From NCBI GenBank assembly GCA_964016885.1, contig OZ024742.1:356562001-356626000 (forward strand): a stretch of DNA of 64,000 nt. Reading direction: 5' to 3'. A program made the position numbers and the translations under genes. Positions 37,800 through 52,495 of this stretch are shown piece by piece. Below the pieces are notes generated by a model that saw only the letters and a list, made by a program, of their open reading frames with translations, was not told where the DNA came from and searched no databases. Every line of letters starts with the position of its first letter. Position 1 is the first letter of the stretch. The stretch is from Eledone cirrhosa (taxonomy: Eukaryota).

Positions 37800-40458
37800 T
37801 AGTCCCTCTAGGATTTTCCACATGTAGATCACTATGTATCTCTCCCGTCTTCAGTCCAAGGAGTAGAGCTTCAATTCTTTTAGCCTCTCCCAGTAGCTTG
37901 TCTCCCTCATCGTCGCAATCCACTTGGTGTAGCTTCGCTGGATTGCCTCAAGCTTCGTGGTTAGTTTGACACTATGGGGTGACCACAACTGGGAGCATTA
38001 GTCCAGGTGGCTTAGGACAAATGTCCTCCATAGTGTCAACATGGTGTCTCGGTCTCTTGTTCACAAAGTCCTCAAGATCCAGCCAGCGAGTCATCAGCAC
38101 ATTGTAACCACTTTCATGATGTGTAAGGAAAAAGATGCATCATCGCTGATGTCTATACCCAGGTCTCGTATCGATTTTGACACAGGCATATCAGTCCCTC
38201 CTGGTCCAGCGTAACTGTGTTGTACTATATTTGTGTTTGCAGGTTTGGATTGTAGGGCTTGGAATTTGCCAACATTAAACTGCATGTTGTTGTCTTCCGC
38301 CCATGTGTATATGGCATCAAGATCTTGTTGTAAAAGGGCAGCATCAGCTGGGTTCTTGATTGCCTGTGCTACCTTAGTGTCATCAGCATAGCTAGTGAGG
38401 GATGTTGTTGTATGTACTACAGAGGGCATGTCTGAGAGAGCCACCAAAAACAGTAGTGGTCCCAGGACTGTGCCTTGCGACACCCCACTTGTTATTGATG
38501 TTTCCTTTGAGAGGGCCCCGTTTGCTGCGACTGTCTGGCTTCTGTCCTTTAAGAATGCATGCAGCCACTCACCTACTTTTCCAGTTATGCCGAGTCCGTG
38601 TAGTTTGTGACATATCATTCCGTGGTCGACCTTGTCAAAGACCTTCGCAAAGTCAATATATATCACGTCCACATGTGAGCTCTCTGGCAGTTTTTTCAGT
38701 ACCCAGTCGTAGTGATGTAGCAGCTGTGTAAGGCAGCTTCTTTCTGGGTGAAAACCATGCTGCGTGCTAGTCAGGTGGTCATTTTCCTCAAGGAAAGGGA
38801 TCAGTTTCTTTCTGATGATTCGCTCCATGACCTTACTGATATGTGACGTCTGGGAGACTGGCCTATAGTTTTTGGCCTCCGCTCTGCTACCTCCCTTATG
38901 GATAGGGTATATTGTGCCTTTTTTAGCTCCCTGGGTAGTATACCGCTAGCGAAGGAGCTTCTGAAGAGCATCTTCAGTGGAGTTGCTAAGGCCCGCTTAC
39001 ATGTTTTTAAGAGAACTGCTGGGAATCCATCAGGTCCAGCAGCTGAGTCTGTTCTAATTTCATCTGTGGCGTACACCACATCCTCCTCCATTATGTCTAT
39101 GTGGTTGATGGTCGTCATTTCTTCATGGAGTGTTGTGGCATCAAAGAACTCCTCTGGCTTCGTTATTTGCATGTGCCTCAGTGGACATGTGAACAGACTT
39201 TTGTACTGTTCGTTCAGTATTTCATATATGTCTTGGGGATTCTTGGTTAATGAACCATATGTATGGAAGAGTGGCCCAATCTTGCAGTGTATCGAGGCAG
39301 TTTCTTTTGCATATTTAAAGAAGGCCTTAGGGTTTGTTTTAATATTTTTTATGGCCCTGCTTTCTTTCTTTGCCCTCTCATTTTCATGGGAAAGTTTGAG
39401 TGCAATCTTGGTGTCAAAAAGTGCACGTTTGAAATAGGATTCCTTCTTGTTTTTGTTTTCTTGTTGAGCATTCAACTGGTTTGAGAGCTTGGTTCTTCGT
39501 CTTATAAGGATTTTCCTATCTCTGGGAATAAGATTTTTGTGTCTGTTGGCCTTTTTCTCCAGGACAAACTTCTTGCATATAGTGTGTATCCGTTGTCATG
39601 AAGTGTTGAAATTGTGTGTTAGTGTCTTGTGTGGCGGTGTTTTCACTGCATATTTGCTTCCAGATTTCTCTCTTGATCTTTTTCCAGTTAGCCTTGTAGA
39701 AGTTAAGGCTGGATAAGATCCCGGTGCTTCCTGATGGTTGTGTCTCTATTGATTTTCTCGGACCACATATCATTAGTTCTACTAAGTTATGATCAGAGAA
39801 AATTGTTGGTATGACCTTTACATTGTGGATGAGCACTTCGTTGTTTCTAAAACAGATGTCTAGGATATGCATGCCTCTTGTTGGAAGGAGTACTGATTGT
39901 TCTATGAACAGGCTATGTGTGAGGGCCAGCAGGGTCTCCGTCTGTCTCTGTTCTATTGATGTCATTCCAGGGAGGAGGTGGCCCTCAGTCCATTTGACCT
40001 TTGGCAGGTTGAAGTCTCCCAGTAATAGAATGTTGAGACCCTGGTCCAGTTTGTCAAGGACTTCTTCTATCCTACTGAGGCTATCCTAAAATTTACCCTC
40101 ATGACTGGGGGCATCGGGCGGCCGATATGTGACACATATTACTGTCTTTAGTTGCTTCATATGTATTATCAGTGTTCCACAGACTGAGTTTGAATGTGTC
40201 AACAGTACAATTGGTGAGACATCTTCACGGATATACAGAGCAACCCCACAATGAGTTCTCTCATTCCTGTCTGAACGAAATACAGTATATTTCGGTATAT
40301 GTATTTCTGCATCTGCTATACTGCTTGTCAGGTGCGTTTCGGTTAGTGCCATGCATAGTGTTTGATTGTTTATGGCTAAGTCTCCCAGGTAGGAAATTTT
40401 ACTCATGTTAGTGAGTTTCACCAGGCCTCTGAAATTCAGCAGCAGCACTTGTGTGACT
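37800..40458 (-). mobile_element. Decayed CR1-clade LINE ORF2 (APE endonuclease and RT), 3'-truncated
   Basis: APE motifs LLLNFRGL, ALTETHL, RSDR, YRPP, GDFN, SDHNLV. RT motifs AAGPDG, QHGF..RSCLTQLL, DVIYIDFAKVFDKVDH, SGVSQGTVLGPLLF, YADDTK. Frameshifts and stops present. Confidence 0.93.
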
Positions 40459-41496
40459 ATAAATATATATATATATATATATATATAAGTTAAAACAATG
40501 AAATAAAAAATCAAGTCATTAGAGATATACTTCACTGCTTTACGATCGTTTCTAGGTGATGATAATACATTGTAGCTATACTTCGTTATTGATCTATGTA
40601 AGGTTAGTTACAAAATATCAGATAAAGAGAATATATCACCAGCTGTTTTCAAAGCAATAATAATGTTATTCAAAATTAGTAGTATGTTAGTATCTGGTCC
40701 TTATTTGGAGGTAGTTGAAGATCTAACCAATCAGATTGTTTTTTTTATATGATGTTAAGATGAAAAATAATTCACTTTAGTTGAGGTCATGACCCTTTGA
40801 AAGGAATGGTTGAATGGTGTTAATAATATAATTGCCATAAAAAATCTATTAGGAGGAAAGGGATTGTCAAATTGATAGTTGAATGTATCTGGTATAGTGA
40901 AGTTTAAAAGGAATGTAAAAATAAATGATGATTAGTGTTGTATGGAGTTTTTAGGTGAATATAAATTAAGGTCATGGCTAGGAAAGATAGTATATTAAAA
41001 GATGAAAATTATAATAAGATAATGAAATACAGTAATGCAATAATATAATATAACTAACACAATATAGTACGGTGTGGTAAATTGCACTTAGTATAATACA
41101 CTCTAAAATACTATCAAGTATATTTATTTATAAATAATCAAAATCAAATAAATACATTTTGACATAGTCAAAACGCATAAATTTCATAGATCACAAAGTG
41201 CATATATCCACACTATATATAGAGAGGTACAGTTATATTGGTACCCCTACTAAAAATATACATACGCATAAATAGATGCAAACATAAATACATATTTACA
41301 CATGTGCACATAATCATATACACATATATTTATACATATCTATATTTACACATACACACCTATACCCACATATATATATATATGTGTATGCACACACTCA
41401 TACATCTACACACACTCATATATAATCACTCATATACATATACTCACATATACACACACACAAACACTATATATACACACATACAGACACACACAC

Positions 41497-41603
<107 letters not shown>

Positions 41604-41804
41604 AATATATTCCCATATCATACATACATAGATATATATCTAGTCATGCAATTACGGGTGGTTGCCTTTAGTCATTAACGCATAAATTAAAAGTAAAACA
41701 TAAGCATGAATGCATATAATTAGGGGAAAGGGGTACTAACAAATATTACTCTATATAGAATTATAGTGAGTTGCTATTTAGAATATTTAATTAGGTTTAT
41801 ACTA

Positions 41805-42130
41805 TTTAAATGTTCTTCGTATACGGTGATTACAAACTATAATCAGTTCCTGTCTTTTATTTAATAAATCGTCCTTAGATTTAGTAATTTCCAAGATCTC
41901 CCCTGAACATAATCTGCATTCCCTCCTGTTCCCAAGATATGGAGTTCTTTGTAGAATGGTGTTCCACGATAGCTTGAAATCTATTTTTTACTTTTTATAA
42001 TTATTTACTGCTTCAGCTAAAGATGTGGTGTTAGCTAGTTTAGTATTGTTAAATCTACCAGAGAGTGCGTAAAATCTTTTCTTAAATGTGTTTGATGTAG
42101 ATCCTATATATGTTTTGTTGGAGTCTGTAG
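41805..42130 (-). pseudogene. Degraded C-terminal GIY-YIG endonuclease of a Penelope-like element (possibly Naiad-type)
   Basis: Minus strand reads KTYIGSTSNTFKKRFY...T.LA, then after a frameshift ECRLCSGEILEI...LLNKRQELIIVCNH. Clade assignment is tentative. Confidence 0.6.
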
Positions 42131-42707
42131 TAGACGTGCGTGTATTTGTATACCTATGCCGAGTGTTTTCGCGTATGCTTGTGTATGTTCGTATATGGAT
42201 GCGTGTATGTATTAATTTAATTTCAATTACCTCTGTATTTCTTTACTTTATTCTTAAATCTGAAGCCGAGAATCATTCGGTTTCCTAGTTAGAATTTTAG
42301 TCTACGACTTCAGTTATACCATTTACGTGGTTTTGTCTTTGCGTGCACTTGTTCTACCCTCTCTACATATGACGTATTATCTTCGTTTTATCCGTTCATT
42401 GCTAGAGAACGTCTCTATGAACCACCTAATAGAATATTAGTCTACGACTTCTTTTATACCATAAACGTGGTTTTGTCTTTGCGTGTAATTGTTTTTCACC
42501 GCTCCAAATAATGACGTATTATATTCGTTTTTTCCCGTTCTTTGCCAGGGAACGTTTCCACGAACCAAAGTATCGTCTTCCTGTCTTCCTCCGGTTGCAC
42601 CGTTTTTTGAAATATTCACTTCTGCGTTCACTGATTGACTTTGTTAGTTTCAGCAGATCCCGTTAAGGGTGAAAGCAGCGATTTTTTGCTTAAACTTTAA
42701 TCTGTGA

Positions 42708-43218
<511 letters not shown>

Positions 43219-46200
43219 ACAACGGCGATGAATTAGTTTTGCGAGGTTTTTTGATATGAAATCGTGTGTCGAAACAAATATTGTTATACTTGGGGAGGGT
43301 ATAACAATATTTGTTTCGACACACGATTTCATATCAAAAACCTCGCAAAACTAATTCATTGCCGTTATGGCATTAGCTTGTGCCAAGCTGAAAGGTTATT
43401 GAAAGACACTGTTTTCTCTTATATAAAAACTACAATAACAACAGAACAAATCCGCTTCTTAAAACACTGTGTTTCCTCCAAAATATACACAACAAACCTA
43501 TCAAAACAAGTAAATAATTTATTATTGAACAAAACACAAGCTGAACGACTAAAACACACAATAACAGTTAATATGAAAAGAACAACATACACAAAAGTCA
43601 ACGAACTTTACAGGCAGAAACGCATTAACGGTAAGGAAGTCCGAAATCTCACCACACCAAACGAAAGGCATGACGTCATGAGCGTCATTCGACGTGAAAC
43701 GAAATACGCCCGAAACGAATGCAATAGGCATTTCAATAAGAAATTAGAATGGATGAAATAGAAAAAACTAGAAGAAAGGAAAATAGATATTCTCAAAAAT
43801 ACCCAGATAACATCAACAATATCGTATGACTGATGTAAAATTACCGGAAGAATTTACGAATGACCACACAGTAAATATTTATGGAAACACTTTAATCAGT
43901 GAACAAGAACAACAAATCCTGCAGCTACCACCAACATTTTCCATCTACAAAAAGATTAACCCTATTGAGTGCAAAACGGAGCTGGAAAAGTGTTTCACAA
44001 AAATACGTTGGAATGCAAAATTAAACAACAACAACAACAACAACAACTATACGGACAACAACAATAATAACGGTAGTAGTAATATAAAAAATAAAAAATA
44101 ACTCTGAGTATAGAAATAACAGCTATAATAGTAATAGTCATAACAATAACAATAGCAGGAGAGTGAGAAATAGTAATAATTGTTTCTACTTTTGGCACAA
44201 GGCCAGCAATTAACCAGTGCATTACAGGTATTTTATTTTATCGACCCCGTAAGGATGAAAGGCAAATAATGGTAATAATACTAACGATAGACAGAACAAC
44301 AACAACAACCATAATAATAATAATAATTGTTTCTACTTTAGGCACAAGGCCAGCAATTACCCAGTGCATTACTGGTACTTTATTTTATCGACGCCGTAAG
44401 GATGAAAGGCAAAGTCAACCTCGGCGAGATTTGAACTCAGATCGTAAAGGGGTGTAACTATGCTGGAAAGCATGGCGTCCGACCCTCTACCGATACTGCC
44501 AATCCACGAAATAATAATAATAGAAACATTAACTACAGACACAGCAGCAGCGACCACAGTAGTAATAACGGTAACAATACGAATAACAACAACAACCACA
44601 GTGGTAATAATAGAAATAATACATGTAACAACATTAATGATAGACATAACAACAACAAGAAACATAATAAAAGTAACAACCACAATGGTAGAAATAACAG
44701 TAACAACAACAATAACGGTGAAGAAAACAACAATCACAGCAACAATACATCTTGCAATCATAACAATGATAATAATGCTAATGATAGGAACAACAACAAC
44801 CACCATAATAACAATAATAGCAACACACACAACTATGACGATAGATATAATGATAACCCCTTAGAGAAACTTTCTTCAACCCAGCTCACAAAACATATAA
44901 GATGTGTAATATCTATCCTACGAGGTTACCCTTTAATAAAAGAGTTTGCATACCACAACAAATAGATGACGAGACAGAGGCACAGTTCACCATAGCTAAA
45001 AATAAGATTAGACAAATAGTAGACCGGTAAACTAAGCGACAGAGCAGACCAGAGGCCCAACAACTTGGGAGGAAACCTGTAGAAGGATGGGTTAGCCTCA
45101 AGCAGCGCACACGGGATGGTGAGGTAGTATGTCTACCCACGGTTAAGTCTGGTAGGATGTCAATAGATAGCATGCCGAACTACATCAAGGCTATGCAACC
45201 CCACATCACCAACACGAGCGAAATTGCACAGCAAATACATGATGGGAGAGAGAAAATCCTCAACGCTCACATGATGATGTGGACCGACATCCTAAAGCCA
45301 AGCAGACGCACTGCCAACTACTTCCAGGTATCTAACAATGGCATACCACCCTTGTATGGGCTCCGCAAAGACTACAAGACAGTCGACGACCCGACAACAG
45401 GACCACCAACAAGACCCGTATGCGGAGCAAATATAGCTAGCAACTACAGCATCTCCTACTTCCTCTCAATGGTTATACGCCCCATAATCAAGATGTCCCC
45501 AGATGTATGTGACAGTACAGAGGACCTCCTCAGCAGAATCAGTGAGTGCAACAAAAACGGGAACCTATCCAACTGCATAATAGGCAGCATGGATGTGGTA
45601 TCACTGTACCCATCCATTAACATTGATTTTGCTGTGGAAAAATGTCTGGAGATGATCATTGAGAGTGAGGTGGAGTTCTGCGACGTCGACACAGACGAAC
45701 TGGGCCTCCTACTTAGACTTACCTACGACACCTAGACAGCCATGACCTTAGACGTCTCTACCCCAGTAGACCCATAAGAGGTAGACCCTCCCCCCACCAT
45801 TAACTCAATGGCTAAAATGACTCCCATGGGAAGGTGGATAGGGTGGACCAAAGCTATAGGGACCCCCCAAAACAATGATCAGGTAAGAAAAATGGTCGCA
45901 CATGCAATAGGGGCTAGTATCAAAACTACCCTAAAGGGCCACTTATTCAAGTTCAACGAGAAGATCTACACCCAAAATGAGGGAGCAGCCATTGGTGTCA
46001 GCATAGCTGGTGACGTTGCCAACCTTTTTATGGCATGGTGGGAAAGGAGACTTAAAGATCTTCTTAATGAAAGCTCCATAGACCTCATCATGTACTCTCG
46101 TTACGTAGACGATATCAATATAGTTATAAGAACATCCCCACAAGAGAGCACTAACAAGTTTGATTTAGAACGTAGCACAATGGAAAGCACGCAACAGATA

Positions 46201-47550
46201 GCTAACTCCATACACCAGAGTATAACTGTAACTATCCACTACCCTTCCAAACACCCTAACAATAGACTATCTGTATTAGACACAGAACTCTGGATTAACA
46301 CTATAGACGAGAGAGCCCACATTCTCCACTCACACTATGCTAAACCCATGGCCTCCAAATACCTGATACTCAAGAACTCAGCAATGTCCAGTAGTGCTAA
46401 GTTTAATATTCTGATCGCAGATTTGGTTCGAGTGATGAAGAACGTGTCCCGCATGTGCGACCAAACAGAAATGGAAAGACACATCCAACACTTCATCAAC
46501 CGCATGCAGTTCTCTGGCTACAACCAGAGAGACAGAGTCAGAGTATACGAAGGAGTCACGGAGAAATATAAGACCCTCATAGAACTGGACATTATACAGG
46601 AGCAAATCATGGAATAGCTTAGATAGGGCTAGACATAAGATAGGGAAAGCCACCTCATGGTACGACAACCAGAGATACCAGAGTGTCATGTTTGTGGACG
46701 CTACCGCTGGAGGGAAATTAGCTAACCAGTGTAGAAAGGCTCTGAGAAAGACCCACTTAAAGATTAAGGTTGTAGAAAATCCAGGAACCACCATAAAATC
46801 CCTGATCAGCAAAACCTACCCTTTTAAGAAAACCCACTGTACTAATAGGAAATGTATCATATGTAAGGTAAACACCCAGATAAACTGTAAAACTAGAAAC
46901 GTAGTCTATAGCATAAGATGAACAGAGAGTATTTGCAGAAACATGACAACAACATACATAGGCGAGACAGCTGGTAGCATAGGTGAAAGATAGACCAACA
47001 CTGGGGGGAACTAAAAGGACGAAAAAACGGTTCAGTTCTATACGAACATGCCAGACAACAACACGATGGTAACATAGACAACATAGAAATTAGAATAATA
47101 TCTAAACATAGAAATGACCCAGCAGATAGGCAAATCAGAGAGGCCAGTGAAATAGAAGTTAGAAGGCCAAGGCAAAACAGAAAGAATGAATGGAATAACA
47201 ACAACACCCAAACAAACAACGCTGACGTAAGCGAAGTATAAATAAATAAATAGATAAATAAATAAATAAATTCATACACAAACACAATAACAACAAACAC
47301 ATATAAACACAAACTGGTAATGATAGAATACATTAACCAATACACAGTCACCCAAACACGAACACACATCAAACAAAACACTATAAACACACGCAAACGC
47401 ATGCGCAAAGAAGACAAAATAAAATAAACAAATAAATAAATATATAAACAGACTAAATAAAGATGGCGTAAAAAATACAATGCAACGGGAGGAAACAATA
47501 GCACCACTGACGCTATTGCAGATGTGCAACGAAAGAACTTTGATAAACTA
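43219..47550 (+). mobile_element. Near-full-length decayed Penelope-like element (RT plus C-terminal GIY-YIG) with a 5' inverted segment, interrupted by an (AAT/AAC)n and SINE block at ~44020-44860
   Basis: IPPLYGLRKDYK..PPTRPVC, GSMDVVSLYPSI, QNEGAAIGVSIAGDVANLFM, YSRYVDDI, LSVLDTELWI, HYAKPMAS, FSGY, CTNRKCIIC..NCKTRNVVYSI, YIGETAGSIGER. Stops and frameshifts present. Confidence 0.9.
44325..44508 (-). mobile_element. tRNA/Nin SINE inserted in the PLE (a partial second copy lies at ~44175-44265)
   Basis: Reverse complement of GTGGATTGGCAGTATCGGTAGAGGGTCGGACGCCATGCTTT...GAGTTCAAATCTC...core...GAAACAATTATT. Confidence 0.85.
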
Positions 47551-47746
47551 TATATATGTGTTTGTGTCTATATTGTATCTGTATTATTTTTGACCGTTGG
47601 TCAGTCAATGGCAACATTGAGGACCGAATAAATTAGATTACCGATATGAAAGACACAGAAGCAAAAAGCGAAAACCAACCAGACAGTGAGTGTGTTCTGT
47701 TATTAATTCTGGCAATATTACACAAATATGACCCTCCCCAATTATA

Positions 47747-47778
<32 letters not shown>

Positions 47779-47783
47779 GAATA

Positions 47784-47819
<36 letters not shown>

Positions 47820-47842
47820 TATGAATATATATATATGAATAA

Positions 47843-47874
<32 letters not shown>

Positions 47875-48211
47875 GAATATGAATATATATATATATGAAA
47901 TATAAGAATCAAAGAACTGTTCAAAACATTATTGTGCTTACAGCTGTTTGCTCCAAACCGAGGTTTGGATTCTTCGGAGCAATTTATTAATGCATGGACA
48001 GTTATATGACCTCCTTTTCAGCCGAGAGGCATACCGATACATATTCAAACATTGATACATATTCAAACATTGTGGGTCAACATTCATTACAGAATTTAGT
48101 GTGGCAGTACACACTTCGAGATTACATTTATATTAATAGGTACAATCAAAAATCAAAAATACAGGTTAAAATATATATATATATATGAATATGAATATAT
48201 ATATATATATA

Positions 48212-48318
<107 letters not shown>

Positions 48319-48330
48319 ATATGTATATAT

Positions 48331-49963
48331 TACTCTTTTACTCTTTTAACTGTTTCAGCCATCCGGCTGAGACCATGCTGGGGCACCGCCCTTGTTGCTA
48401 CACATTCTATCTCCAGCCTGTATAGGTTGGCCACTGGTGTAAGAGGGAGTTTGTTGCTGCTGCCCTTAGGTTTCCCTCGTGTCTTGCTGTGGGCTCATCC
48501 GGGATCCTGGATAACAAGGCGTCGAGATGTTTCTTGAAGACATCCACCTCCACGTCATGCAAGTCTCTCAGATCCCCTGGCAGCCTGTTGAAGAGTTGAG
48601 GGCCCTTGAATCCCAGGCTATTGCAATACCTGCTCCTTATTCTAGTTGTGGAAGACGGGACCTTTGGCACCACACAGTGACGTCCTGTTCGACGGTTGGT
48701 CCAGCTCCCAATGCCAAAGTTTGGTGCTAGTCCCTCCAGGATTTTCCACATGTAGATCACTGCGTATCTCTCCCGTCTTCGCTCCAAGGAGTAGAGGTTC
48801 AGTTCCTTTAGCCTCTCCCAGTAGCTTGTCTCCCTCATCTTGGCAATCCTCTTGGTGTAGCTTCGCTGGATTGCCTCAAGCTCCGTGGTTAGTTTGACAC
48901 TATGGGGTGACCACAACTGGGATCAGTAGTCCAGGCGGCTTAGGACAAATGTCCGCCATAGTGTCAACATGGTGTCTCGATCTCTTGTCCTCAAGATCCA
49001 GCTAGCAAGTCGTCTGCACATTGTCGCCACTTTCATGATGTGTGAAGAAAAAGATGCATCATCGCTCATGTCTATGCCCAGGTCTCGTATCGATTTTGAC
49101 ACGGGGATATCGGTCCCACCTGGTCCTGTGTAGTTGTGTTCCACTATATTTGTGTTTGCAGGTTTGTATTTTAGGGCTTGGAATTTGCCAGCATTAAACT
49201 GCATGTTTTTTTCTTCTGCCCATTTGTATATGGCATCCAGATCCTGCTGTAAACGGGCAGCGTCAGCCGGGTTTTTGATAGCCTGTGCTACCTTAGTGTC
49301 ATCAGCATAGCTAGTGAGGGATGTTGTTGTATGCACTACAGAGGGCATGTCTGAGAGAGCCACCAAAAACAGTAGTGGTCCCAGGACTGTCCCCTGGGGC
49401 ACCCCACTTGTTACTGGTGTTTCCCTCGAGAGGGCCCCATTTGCTGCGACTGCCTGGCTTCTGTCCCTTAGGAAGCCATGCAGCCACTCACCTACTTTTC
49501 CAGTTATGCCGAGTCCGTGTAGTTTGTGACATATCATTCCGTGGTCGACCTTGTCAAAGGCCTTCGCAAAGTCAAGATATATCACGTCCACATGTGAGCT
49601 GTCTAGTAGTTGTCTCAGTACCCAGTCGTAGTGATGTAGCAGCTGTGTAAGGCAGCTTCTTCCTGGGCAGAAGCCATGTTGCATGCTAGTCAGGCGGTCA
49701 TTTTCCGCGGGGAGATGATCAGTTTCTTTCTGACGACTCGCTCCATGACCTTACTGATATGTGACGTCAGGGAGACTGGCCTATAGTTCTTGGCCTCCGC
49801 TCTGCTACCTCCTTTATGGATAGGGTATATTGTGCCTTCTTTCAGCTTCCGGGGTAGTACACCGCTAGCCAAGGAGCTTCTGAAGAGCATCTTCAGTGGA
49901 GTTGCTAAGGCCCGCTTACATATTTTTAAGAGAACTGCTGGGGATCCATCAGGTCCAGCAGCC
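48331..49963 (-). mobile_element. 5'-truncated CR1-clade LINE (RT to 3' tail), same family as 37800-40458
   Basis: [59 protein letters not shown]. 3' tail GGCGGTGCCCCAGCATGG...GAAACAG(TAAAAGAG)n. Confidence 0.93.
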
Positions 49964-50115
49964 GATATATTTATATATATACAAACCCATGCAAGCGTGG
50001 AAGATGAACGTTGAACGACGATGATGATGATATATGAATATATATATATATATATGAATATGTATAACAATAACATGTATAACAATACATATATATATAT
50101 ATATATACATATACC

Positions 50116-50167
<52 letters not shown>

Positions 50168-50239
50168 CATACTAAATAAAGATGGCGTAGAAAATACAAG
50201 GCAACGCGATGAAACAATAGCACTACTGACATATACGTA

Positions 50240-50985
<746 letters not shown>

Positions 50986-51110
50986 GGAGGTGAGTTTTAT
51001 TGTAGTACAATAAAGCAATGCAGATATCGGATAAGAAGCACTCTACAGTTTGTAGGACTGGAGTATACATAATATATAATAACAAAAGATGGTTAAAAGA
51101 GTTCCATATA

Positions 51111-51177
51111 TTTTATTATGCGCATTTCAAAAACAAATATCATCATGCAATAATATTTGTGTTTTCGTCAGATAAAA
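51111..51177 (-). ncRNA. Intact type I hammerhead ribozyme with palindromic stem III
   Basis: Minus strand: TTTTAT-CTGACGA-AAACACAAATAT...ATATTTGTTTTT-GAAA-TGCGCA-TA-ATAAAA. Complete CUGANGA/GAAA/UH core with stems I, II and III. Confidence 0.8.
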
Positions 51178-51882
51178 CAGGAGGACATGATATAAAGGTT
51201 AAAAAACACTTGTGGATAGTTCAGTTTTAAATCAACATATGTTTTGGAACATTTCCCCCGTTGATGGGCGTGAGCCCGAAATATTGGGATTAAATCTCCT
51301 CTACGGTAACCCTTCTACCTTTGTTTTGTTTTCAGTTTTATTTTCACTTTTCTCCTATTTCTCACTCACTTCTTACCTCGAGATTTCCCATCTGCATTGT
51401 TGTGGCTTTCTAAACTACATATTTTATACATCCATATATATATATATACATATATTCCAGGGCACTGAAAAAATTCACTGCCTACTTGGTCAGTGGCAAA
51501 TTCTAAAGAATCAATCACGTGACACTGAGGTTAGTCAGTTAGGAGTGGGGTGGTATTATGACTAGAGCCTAACTACTACCATGAACCATAGCAGTAAATT
51601 TTGGCTAGTTTTGCTCAACAAATAATTTGGAGATAAATATAGATAATTAGTATATCTACCAACATATGTATACATATGTATACCCATGCTAGCAAATATA
51701 TATGTTATGTCTTAGTACCTTTGTGGTTCTATGCAGGGGGATGCAGAACAATTATATGAAAGACGTAAAATAAGAAAATTTTAAAAATTTTGTCCATGCT
51801 AGCTTTATTCCATCCACTGAATTATTATTTTTATATGGGTTCCTAGTGTCCGCGCATTGCCTGGGAACTTAGCTGAGAATAG

Positions 51883-51964
51883 ACTCCCTGATGACGTAAG
51901 GACTTCTCTATAGTTGCATTGCGTAACTATATTTACTCCCTTACAGAAACTAATTAGTTGCAGT
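51883..51964 (+). ncRNA. Type I hammerhead motif (family also at 60341-60421 minus and 61100-61179 plus)
   Basis: ACTCC-CTGATGA-CGTAAGG...CCTTACA-GAAA-CTAATTAG-TT-GCAGT (GGAGT in the other copies). Confidence 0.7.
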
Positions 51965-52137
51965 GAACATTTTAGTAAGTAAGTTAATTTTTTATTTTTA
52001 AAATTTTCTTATTTTACGTCTTTCATATAATTGTTCTGCATCCCCCTGCATAGAACCACAAAGGTACGAAGACATAACATATATATTTGCTAGCATGGGT
52101 ATACATCTGTATACATATGTTGGTAGATATAATAATT

Positions 52138-52266
<129 letters not shown>

Positions 52267-52441
52267 AATATATATATATATATCCCAAGGCTCTGATACC
52301 ATCAACACTATAAACACAGAGCTGGCATATGTCAGAACTGACGAATTGCCTGATGAGGTCATAGCCATTCAATGGCTCTCATCAAAATATCTATAGCATT
52401 AAATAAAGGTTTACGAGTTCATGCAATTAATTTATGTTTCG

Positions 52442-52495
<54 letters not shown>

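Noticed and set aside
30600-37800. Possible host-gene exons (splice-like signals near 30603, 36520 and 36920; short ORFs such as 36502-36846)
   Set aside because: No recognisable protein similarity or consistent reading frame; cannot be supported without transcript data.
40520-40660. Possible further GIY-YIG remnant on the minus strand (VIYSL...PYIDQ..RSIAT)
   Set aside because: Too degraded, with several stops, to call.
44369-44864. Thr/Ile- or Val-rich ORFs resembling mucin or membrane proteins
   Set aside because: Degenerate (AAT/AAC)n trinucleotide repeat plus SINE sequence.
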